Source: Felis catus (taxonomy: Eukaryota). Taken from it: a stretch of 64,000 nucleotides of DNA. Made by a program: the position numbers and the translations under genes. Shown here piece after piece: positions 24,957 to 35,800 of this stretch. Below the pieces are notes generated by a model that was given only the letters and a program-made list of their open reading frames with translations, ran no database searches and was not told where the DNA came from. The stretch lies in contig NC_058368.1 of the NCBI RefSeq assembly GCF_018350175.1, forward strand, positions 47,184,001 through 47,248,000, given 5' to 3'. Numbering within the stretch: position 1 is the stretch's first letter; each line of letters starts with the position of its first letter.

Positions 24957-27339
24957 AAGTCTATCCAGCTTTAAATAATGTATTTAAACTCAGTAGGCAA
25001 GTTGGGTGGAAAGATGTAGTTCTTTTAGGTGAATAATCCTAGGGGAATATTTCTTCCTAATTGTCATTCACATGAGTAGGGAGGGAAGGGAAGGAGTTAC
25101 TCACCCGTAAATGCAGTAGGGTATTTTTTAAGCCACGACAAAATTTTGAACAATCTTACAGTTGACCCGCACGAAACAAATAGATGTTGTAGAAAATCTG
25201 AGTTCAGGTTGCGGTTCAGACATGCTCAATTATTCCTTTGAAGAGAAGATTCGTGATTTTTGCAATCCTTCAGGTTACTTGAGTACCATTTTCAAGATCT
25301 TGACACTGGAGAGTTGCAGAGCCCAAGCAGCCCATCTCAGCCTAGATTCGGTTTCTAGGTAAAACAACTGAGGCTCTGGGGTGAAGTAGCTGGCCTACGT
25401 TCCCATAGCCAGCCGGGGATGGCGGCATTTAATGATAACTCATCAACATGGATGTCCCTAAAACAGTACCCTGAACATTCTCACTGTAGATTCCTATCAG
25501 AAAAGGTTTTTCTCTTTTCGCTGATACTTTGCATCTTTTACCTGCAAGACTTCAAAAACTTTTCTACCTTTGACAGTACTTAGTACTTTCAGATCCTACT
25601 CTCCAGAGCCAATCAGTTGCTGGCAGTTAACAGAGTACCAAATATGTTTTCGTACAATTAGCAAGTATCAGAAGTGATTTCAACTATGAAATGACTAAAA
25701 TACCCGCTGACAAAATCTATTTGCCACTTTTAAGAAGTGGAGGTCATTTTAGGAAAATTACTTAACAGAATGTTGAAAAAAGTTTCAATCACCATATTTA
25801 AATGGGGGTGTTAGTCATGGTGCCACAGGCTGATGATATATTTGCATTGATTTCTCTAACAATAAAAAGAATTAGTTGTCACAACACAGGGAATTATCCG
25901 CCCTTGGAAGACAAAGCTGGTTCTACATCAAGAAAGCAGGGTGAAAAAAGGAAGGAGGAAATTTTACCCTGTGTGAGAAATTGTGCCTGCCCTTTCTTCC
26001 TTTGTTACTAGAGATACAAATATGAATGAGAAAGAGTTAGCTGATGTGGGTAAGCTCCCAATCTGTTTGGGACACACTCCTCGTACCGCAGAGCTCGTGG
26101 TACACCAGAACTCCTTGAAGAGTTCTTAGCAGATTTGTGGCAGGAACAGTACTAGAAACCACTTCTCCAGACTCCTAATCCTGTGGTGTGGCTTCTTCAC
26201 CACTGTGCCACTCACATCCTGCTTGGATCTGCAGCTCTGGAAGTAAGTGGGAACCAGAGAGGAGAGAGGAAAGAGACAGTACCCCCTCTCCACCCGTGTA
26301 TCTGGGCACCCTATGAATCCATGCATGAGCATCAATCAGCACTGACTGCAGTAGGTTTCACTATGGATTGCTGTACCTCAAGCAGAAAATCTGAAAGGGG
26401 GCGGCAACTAATGACTAGGTGTTTCTTATCTTCCAGAGGTGTGATACCAATTAATACATAAGGCAAATACATGCTCTTAAGGCATTTTTTTTTTATTGCT
26501 CTCCATTGTCTTTGGGAAAGGACACCCGTTCTCAATTTCTGCTTTTCTTTCTCCTTAATACTTAATAATGACCTAGAATTGCACCTGGCACATAATAAGT
26601 ACTACATAAATATTTGTGAAATTTTAAAAGCGATACAGGTTCATTGTTTTACATGTGTGCTTTGTGGCCATGACTTTAGGTTTTTAAGATTTGTGTTCAT
26701 AGATTTCTTAAATGGTGGGATTTTGAGAAGTAGAAGTGTGAATGGAATTGACATCTAAGTGGAGATGTTGTACTTCAGCGTAACAATTCCACATCTGACA
26801 CTAATTTTAAAATCTTTTCTCCCAAATGCCTGCTCACTACCTTGGCTTTATAGGCCGACCTGCCATCCGTGAGCATAGCTGCGTGTCTCCTCCACTTGAA
26901 GAGCCCCATGAGCATAATATAGTCAGTGGGAGTGCAGGACAGAAAAAATATACACTGCTTTGCACACAGCCTGAAAATCAAGGCATAAAAGAGGAAAAAT
27001 AAATCAGTGCGCCCCATTCGGCCTTTGCATGCATAATTCATCAATAGAAATAAGTACCCAAAGTGTTTTACCAGTGAGTGTAGGACAAGTTACTTTATTT
27101 TTCATTAATATCTGAATCGTAGCTACATTTCAGACAATTCCAATATAGATCATTTGGACTATATAAGCTATATATTTAAGATAAATAAACACCATCAACT
27201 TGTTGGTTTTAGGATATATATATATTGTCTTGAAGATATAGTCCATCCAGTGTTAAGGTTGATCTATAAAACTGAAAATAATGCAAACCTTAGCTGAAAG
27301 ATAATCAAAATATTAGTGCCTAAGATTATGAATGGGAAT

Positions 27340-27585
27340 TAACCTTTACTGAGCTTGTACATTTTGACCACTATAGTAAGCCTGTTCAAATACACTATCT
27401 CATTTAATCTTCCCAGTCGTCCATGGGATTAGTGCTGTTTTCTCCATTTATAGGTGAAGGCTCTGAGATCCAGAGAGATGGAGTAAGTCACCCATGATCA
27501 CACAGACTAAACAGTAGAGTCAAGATTTCATCCCAGGTTTCTTTGATCTAAAATCAAATTCCTTTGACTACCCCCATGCTATTTC
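27340..27585 (-). mobile_element. MIR
   Basis: tatctcatttaatcttccc...ctccatttataggtgaaggctctgagatccagagagatggagtaagtcacccatgatcacacag. Confidence 0.8.
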
Positions 27586-27893
27586 TCTAATGGGGTTAAC
27601 AATTGTATATAAAATAAGCTACATACTTGACAAGAGATGCATGTGTATAAATACTCATACTTAGTAGGTCAGTGAGAAATGGATGGCAAAATGTTAAGAC
27701 CCAAATTTGAGGTCTATTAGCTCCTTTCTCCTTCTTTGTTCAGCAGGTATAGCCCTGCCAATCCCTTGCAAACATTTGCTACTTTATAATTCCTTCCTCC
27801 AGCCAGAAGGGCTTTGGGGCAGTTGGGGTTCATGAGAAGGTGGGTGGAGGGAGTTTTGACTTCTAGATAGTCTTTTATCTGACTTAGATTTTT

Positions 27894-27969
27894 CTTCTCT
27901 TTTTCTTTTTTTTACTTGAGAGAGAGAGAGCTGGGGAGAGGGGCAAAGGGAGGGAGAGAGGGAGGGAGT

Positions 27970-28011
<42 letters not shown>

Positions 28012-28136
28012 ATCTTACACAGGCTCCACACTCAGTACAGAGCCCGATGAGGGGCTCAATCTCACAACCCTGGTATCATGACCTGAGCAGAAATCAAGAG
28101 TGGGACACTCAACTGACTGAGCCACCCAGGTGCCCC
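27894..28136 (-). mobile_element. Can-SINE (older carnivore/felid type)
   Basis: T-tail, (GA)n, ends gccacccaggtgcccc; TSD tg(a/c)cttagatttt. Confidence 0.93.
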
Positions 28137-29389
28137 TGCCTTAGATTTTCTATTGCAATCGCAGGCATCCAAAGGAATCACATACATCCAGAGATTTGCA
28201 TGGCCTTAGGGAATGAAGGGAAAGGGACTAGGATCAATAAATAAACACAGAGGGACAAGTAGAAGACACAGAATGTTGGGGAGATTTCCTCTTGAAGTAT
28301 GAAGTACCACTCAGCATTGTCATGAGAGTCCTGACACCATATTTTACCCTTTCCAAAGTCTCCTGCACAGGAATGCTCCCTGGGGTTAGGAGAAGAGAAA
28401 GGAGAAGGATGTACTTTACCTTCACTGTCTTAAGCTGGGAGCTCCAGGCCGAGCTTGCTGGTCTGCCTGTGACTCCTGTGCGCGATGGTCCCTGCAGAGG
28501 TATCAACACCCCTGAGCCTCACCTCCTCCCAATCCTAGGGTAAAAGGGAAAATTACAGGTAAATGGATCTTCAACCACCAAAAGTCAGGTACAACATTAG
28601 ATGTGTTTTCTAGATTACAGTGTTAAAGATTTGAATATGTTCCCCTGCAGATAAAAAAGTTATTATGAAATTCACCCTAAGTCCACTTCATCCCATGGTC
28701 TCGAAAGAAACCTATAGCCAAACCCTAGCTGACATTTCATATAGCATCTGAACATCAGCAGTACTCTTGGTATGAATATCATGTAAATTGCATTAAAAGC
28801 CACAAATTTACATAAAAACTATTGCATATTTAATATAGACAAATGTTATCACATAGTTAATTTTTTTAATCTTCAAAAATTTGGAAATACAATTATTCAA
28901 CATATGAAATAAATAAATTTAATACATATAAATACATTTATATAAGCATTGTCAATTTCACTGCATTTTTCCTGGTCTAGTTTTCCAAGATAATTTGTCT
29001 CTATGTTCACATTATGAGCTTGCAATGTCTGTACATAAAAAAGCCTAATTGCATTTTTTAACGTTGAATTTTGACATAATGATTATAATCATCTTTTGCG
29101 ACATTGTCCTACACTGAGTCCTTAAAGATTTTCAAATTAACTTGTTCAGTTCTAAAACTCTAAGCATGACTATTTTAGTTGAGAGGCAAAAAAATGCTTG
29201 AAAGATGAATTAATAAAATTCTATCCCATACATTATCCTGCTTGGCAATGAACGGAGTGCTTATAAGAGAAGGATAAATCTAATTTAACATTATAACTCT
29301 TTTAATAATAAAAATATATAGATTCAAAACCTCTTCAGTGACCCTGTCTCACACAGTATAATTCCCTAAAACTTCTAAGTCACTCAATG

Positions 29390-30010
29390 ATAAGAGGCTG
29401 ATCTAAACGCTTCCACTGCATTAATCAAATACCAGGTCTAATTAAAAGAGCCATGCACAAAGCTTTTTCAAAATGTTGCTCAGGTATTGCAATAATTTCT
29501 GATCACCCAAGCCTGGAAGACAAATAATTAGAGCTGCCAGAGCATTCTGATGAGTGATGTCAGCATCTCCAAGTGACCTTCCCTCCACTAATTAATTTTC
29601 ATCTTAAGAAAAGAGACCCTGTTGTTGCACATTATTAATTGAGTTCACTAAAAGATGCGCCTGATTAATTTTTGTTGATAATACTTGTCATTCTAGGCAG
29701 CGGCTGTAATCATTCTATTGGGTTTTATTTTTTTAAGTTGATCTAAGTCCTTTGCAATGTGACTGATATATCTGATACAAAATATCATGCATAAGGGCAT
29801 ATCCTATAATGTGTCTGGGCTATTTTTCATTGCAGTTGTTTGCCAAGGTAAAATGAAATGGCAGAGTGGAGTTTTCGGAGCCGTTGGAAATGATAAAGGT
29901 ATCATTTCACTTTGCCCTCCTTGTAGTTTAGTGAGGCCACTAATTCTCAAGTCCCCCAAAAAGATCACTACACCCATCTTGTAGCCTCCTCTGGGGTTTT
30001 ATGGCGAAAT
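29390..30010. promoter_or_regulatory. Candidate homeodomain-site-rich enhancer
   Basis: Three TAATTA, two TGATTAAT and one TTTTATGG in a block with no recognisable repeat; inference only. Confidence 0.35.
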
Positions 30011-30998
30011 ATCCATTCCCCGGTGAAAACTCACCGGAATCTCACAGGAATCTTCACTGCATGTCTGTTATTATCCAAAGGTTTCTTACAACTTCCTTTG
30101 TCCTTGAGTGGGATGGATAGCCTGCTAAGTACTTCCAGCCTTCCGACCCTGTGTGAGAGGCAGAAACTAAGCCCAGAACTTGGATTGTTGCCCTGTTCAT
30201 TCATAAAATATTAGGATTAGAAAAAATAGAGAGAGAGTTATATTAAAGTATTTATTTCATTAACCTAAAATTAAACAGGAAATTCGGTCACACACCTAAT
30301 GAATATAAGCTGTACTCTAATATGGGAACATTCGCATGTCATTGAATTTCAGGGCCCTTATTAAAACCATAGTTTGTTTTCAGCAGAACTTTCTAAGTAT
30401 AGAATTAATTTCTTGGAAAAATATTGTGTTTCAGCTTCTAAGTGAAAATATTTCATTTGTATTGGGAAAACGAACTCACAAGGCTTCTTAGGGGTCCTGC
30501 TAAGCACATTTTGATGACTTAGTCTAAGTCAACAAAAAATAATTGCGTGGATAATATGCTTAACAATTAAGAGAAAAATCCTTGCTGAAATGTCTTTTAT
30601 TCTGTTTTGTTTTGCTGAGTCCAAAACCTTTGTAAAGGATCTTGAGTCTTTGTTGAAACGGACAAGGTTAGGCTTTATCATCCACACTGTATGCTATGTG
30701 CTTAGAAGTTTAAAGAAATTCATAAACATAGTACAGACGGAAAACAAAACTATTCTCTCAAATCTCTTTTGAGATAGCCTTCTCTGCTGTTGTAAGCCTG
30801 TTTCCTTGTTTTATTTCCCATTGGGTGAATACAAGATGGCCTGAAGTTATCCTAAATCTAATATCTGATAAAGTTGCCCTATTGTTTAAGCCAAATTCAC
30901 ACCTCTCCATGAGAGGTCTTCAGTGGAGAGAAATGTGGCACTCATTCTCTAACAGGAGTTCAGTCTCACTGTTATCCGTCAATAAAACCTAAATATCT

Positions 30999-31196
30999 GG
31001 GGCGCCTGGATGGCTCAGTTGGTTAAGCCTCCCACTCTTTGTTTCAGCTCAGGTCATGATCTCACAGTTCATGGGATCAAGCCCCGCATAGGGCACTGCA
31101 CTCACAGCAAGGAGCCTGCTTGGGATTCTCTCCCTCTCTCTCTCTCAAAATAAACAAATAAACATTTAAAAAATTAAAAAAAAAAAAAAAAAGAAA
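30999..31196 (+). mobile_element. Can-SINE
   Basis: ggggcgcctggatggctcagttggttaag head, short (CT)n, long A-tail. Confidence 0.93.
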
Positions 31197-33039
31197 CTAT
31201 CCACAAAGAGTTAGGCACTTTGTGTATCTTCTGTAAAATTTGGAAGACTTAAAGCTGAGAGATTCTATGCCTTGCCAACACTGAGGAAAGAGAAATTGAA
31301 ACCCTAAGATTTGGGGATAAAGGAAATTGTTTTGTGAGATGAAAGATGAATTCACAATGCAAAAAAAAAAAAAAAAGAACAGCATGTAGAGACACCAAAC
31401 CTGATGTTTCAGAAGATAGTTTATGGTCACAGTATTTTAGAACAAAAAACAACTTTAGACCTCATCTGTCCAACCCCAATATTTCACATATAAAGAAACC
31501 AATCCCCAGAACATTTTGATTGATTGAATAACAAGAAATATAATCCTTTGGATTAAGGAAATGAGTAGAAATAACAATGATAAACACTAACTTGTATTTA
31601 GTCAGAACACCTTTATTTAAAATCATGAGCAATGCATATTTCTCATGAAATAGTACACAGTTGCTATAAAGATTGGCTTAGGTACCTGTGTGTATCACAG
31701 CATATACACTTAGCAGTGTTGATATCTTTTTTACACTATGGTACTAAGGGGTCATACATGTTTATTCTGCTGTACCTATTCAGGTTTTTGCCTTTTTCAG
31801 CTAGGAGGTTAATAAATAGAACATAGGGGAGAGAGCTGAAGGGGAAGAAAAAGAAGAGAGGAAAGGAAAATAAAGGAGGGAGACCAGCACATGATCATTT
31901 GGTCCCATTTTAATATTTTCTCATTATTCTTCCAAATTTTAACTCACAAACCTGGAAAAGATTGCCTCCATCTGACAATTTGTGGGTAAATGCAACATTT
32001 TTCCATCATGAAATAAGTTCAAATATTAACCAAGTGGAAAATAATAAAATTGGGAAGGTTTATATCATAGTATCCCTCACAAATGCACTTTGCATAACTT
32101 CTGCAAGGCCAGGTCTTACGGACAGCTAGGCAAATCTCAAGAATGGATCGCAAATCTCTAAAACAATGTAAATGACGCACGTTATGGTATGATTTTTATC
32201 ATTGGGGAAAAAATTAAGTCATTTCTTTTTTAATTTGAAGAAAGCATAATGACCTTGAGGGGGCAAACTTTGGGACTTTAGGGAAGGAAAGACAAAGACA
32301 AATAGGTACCAGGATATCTTCCTGAGGACAAGGAAGAGAAAAATGGAGTGCGATGAATCTAGGTCAGTGTAACTGAAAGAATACTGAACCTTAGGAGGGG
32401 TCCTTCTTATGAGTGAGGTGATCTAAATCAATATGGAGAGATCATCTCTGGCTAATATATCTGACATTAATTTTCTAATCAGATTTCACCTATAGGCTGT
32501 CAGCATCCCTTTCAGAAATCATCAATATTTTCCTTGGATGAATACATAATAATCTTTTTACTTCCTCTTGTGATTTTTTTCCTGTTTTAATAATAATTCA
32601 TTTTCATAATTATATTTAACCAAACTAGAAATTGAAAAAAGAGGTTCTCTGAACTTGGATTCTGACTTTTAGCTATGTCATCACTCTCAATGTCAAGTGG
32701 GGTCTTTTTGATTTTGTACACAGAACACCTAATAAGGTAGATGTCATTGAATAATGTTTGGTCCTAAGATGTACAGCTATCTCAGCCAATTAATTTTAAT
32801 TTTCACTACAGTTTACATTGACTGAGTTGTCCTCAAGCCAATGAATATTTTCCCAGTGATTGAATGGATTTAATGTGTAGTCACAATATGTGTGAATATG
32901 GCATCTCCAGACACCCGAAGGCATTCACATCTCTATTCAATGTGAAGGATATGCAGGCAGCGGGGCTCAGAGGAATGTGTATAAGATATGGGGTTAGATT
33001 AATTTTGAGAGTCAGTATGGCCAAAAATCAAAACACGCT

Positions 33040-33248
33040 TTGAGAGATTTGGAGTCAAACAACTTTGGTTGGCATCTTCTTTCTTAGAGGACTTACTTAA
33101 ACTCTCTGAGACTTGATTTCTGTATCAATAAAATATAACTACATTTCACATTTGCCTCAAAGTATTGAAAGGAAATATACAAAATAATAAATGTGAAAGC
33201 ATCCAACCCAGTGCCTGATGCATTGTAGGAGCTCAATAAAAGTTATTT
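33040..33248 (+). mobile_element. MIR remnant
   Basis: ttacttaaactctctgagacttgatttc...gtgcctgatgcattgtaggagctcaataaa. Confidence 0.7.
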
Positions 33249-34174
33249 TACACCCAATCTAGGTTGAGTTGTTCACTTTATTCAGGGAAAGATTCTGCAC
33301 TTTGGTCTTCACACTGCTTTTCCCTCTCAAGCAAAGGAAACACGAAGAAATTGACTTCTCTGGGATCCTACCTGAGCCCAACAAAGTGAGCCTACTGGTC
33401 AACCTAAGAAGTAACGTTTCTAAGACTAATCAATGTTGCATGATGCTGGTAGAATCCCAGAGTTGTAGGGCAAAGTTCAAAACCCTCACTCAAGGTCAAA
33501 CTTGTTAGAGAGTTTGAAATCATGTATTGAGAAATTTTTCATATTCTGCAGATATAAGATGGGTTGTCCAGAGTTTTTGAGATGCAAATAAGGTAGGGAA
33601 AGAAAAGACACTGGCAGTGAAATTGAAAGTAACAATTTGACTGTTTTTCAACCTGATTTGGAAAAAGAGTTTTAAAGCTTAAAAGGCTGGCAAGCAACAC
33701 ATGATAATCTATGGTAGTTTAACTTCTTAAATGGAGTTTCACAGACCTTACTAAATTTTGACAAATCTCACATCATTTAATTTTTTAAGAAGTGTGTTTG
33801 ACCCAAGGTTTTTGAAATATCTTTATATTTGACCTAGAAGACACCTTCAGCGTAGCCTCTTTTAAAGATATTTTTGACAGAAAGTTAGCTTTGGCTAGTA
33901 GCCACACCACCATAAGTTTTGACCTTGAGTGCACTCCAATTTCTGGTAGTATTTGAATAAGTGATTTCTAGGTGAAAGTAAGAGGTCAGGAAATAAAGTA
34001 CCAAAGTTATCAGGATTGATTTTTATTATTTATTTTTCATTAATTGCCCGTGCACTACCCCTTCCCCTCCGATTTAATTCTTTCTGAAAATTTCCTTCAG
34101 TTGTAGGTCATTAACAGTAATTTTAATATAGGTCATGTCCTATTATAACAAATTCCAAAGACTTGTCTGGACGA

Positions 34175-34390
34175 AGTGATAGAGTGGAAAGAGCTTTGGG
34201 CTTAGAGTAAGAATGCCTGGATTCCCATCCTGGTTCTGCCACTAACTAGTTGAATAAACTATCTTTGCCTCGGATGAGATGATGATAATCAGCTCTCCAA
34301 TCTTACAGGGTCTTTCAAGGGTTTAAGGTAAGTTCTTGCCTGTGAAAGGGCATAGAAAGTTGTAAAATATTGCACACATAAATCATTACA
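34175..34390 (+). mobile_element. MIR remnant
   Basis: gagtggaaagagctttgggcttagagt...cctggattcccatcctggttctgccactaactag. Confidence 0.7.
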
Positions 34391-34574
34391 CTAATTAAAT
34401 TATGTATTTGATTTATGTTCTTGAAAATTTGAGGATCAAATACTGTTTCAATAAATGACTCTTGGAAATAATTTCATTTTAAGTATGTAACTGAAATAAA
34501 AATGTTTGTATTCATGGAATTTAAGCTATAAAATTTAAGGCTGCCATTCCTAAAATGATTCTATTCTATAAAGT

Positions 34575-35232
34575 TAACTGTGTATAATAGTAAGAGCCTC
34601 CTAATAGGTCATGCTGCTTCCATCCTTGTCCACTTAGAGTCTATTTTCAACATCTGCCCAAATGATCCTTTCAAATTATAAGTCAGCTCATTTTACTCTT
34701 CTATGCAAATCTGTCTACGACTCCCCTGTCACTCAGATTAAAAGCTAAAGTGCTTGCAAAGACCAAAAGGACTTAACACGACTGGGCCCACTGTTAACTC
34801 TCTGACCTTATCTGCTACTGAGTTCACCAGTTCCACATTCCCTCCCTGAGATTTCCGTGTTGTCTGGTCTCTCCACCTGGAACACTCTTCTGCCTGAGGT
34901 GTCTAACTCACCGATGGCATTCAAGTCTGTTCAAATGTCATCTTCCCAATCAGACCTATCCTGAGCACTCTATTCTAAACTGGACTCCTTCTCCACATAC
35001 TGAATACACTTACGCTGTTCTGATTTTTCTTTTTTCTATAACACAAATCACCTTCTAACATGCTATATAATTTGCATATTTATCATGTTTATTGTTTGCC
35101 TCCAGCCACCATAATATAAACTCCACTAGGGAAAGGATTTCATTTGTTTTGTTTGCTGATATAACCCATGTACTTCAGACAGTGCCTGGGTGATATGGTA
35201 AGTGCTCAAAAACTTAGAAAGAATGAATGATA
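34575..35232 (+). mobile_element. L2 3' region
   Basis: agcctcctaataggtc...ccatccttgtcc...gatcctttcaaa...aagtcagctca...acagtgcctgg...gtaagtgctcaaaaa...gaatgaatga. Confidence 0.85.
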
Positions 35233-35579
35233 TAATGATGATACCACATAAACCTTTGTTGTTAGGTATGCTGATTTCTCTGGCCCATTCTTATGATCAA
35301 CCACAAGTATTTACAGAACATATACATCCAAAACAAGATGAGAAATATAGCTATAAAAAGAGAATGAAACTACCCAGCTCTTCTAGACACAGAATCCATG
35401 ACCTTGGAATCTCTTTATAAATTTTTTAACCAATGGTCTTAGCAGGATTTTCTTTGTCCTAAGTCTATAGAACATGACAACATTAATCTCTTAGTAAATT
35501 TGCATAAAATTTGCAAATATAATTTCATGAACTGTAAAAGCAAAATCAAAGTATAATATAGCAATTTCATTGACTTAAT

Positions 35580-35800
35580 CTTCCAGAATCCTATCAAGAA
35601 AGTAATCAGATTTTCTTATCATTATTTATTCTTTTTTAAATACTTATGGCTCATCATTCTGCTATTATCTAGAGGTTGATTAGTAATTTTCCCCCTCCAT
35701 ATTTATTTCAGTGTTCTAGTGGAAATTGAACTAATTATATCTAGTACCTAGAATAACTTTATTCTTTCATCTTTTAAATCCATAAGACACTGTTTTTTAA
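35580..35800 (-). mobile_element. Possible highly decayed L3/CR1 fragment
   Basis: Loose resemblance to reversed CR1 ORF2 (ctatcaagaaagtaatcagatt...gttctagtggaaattga...). Confidence 0.3.
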
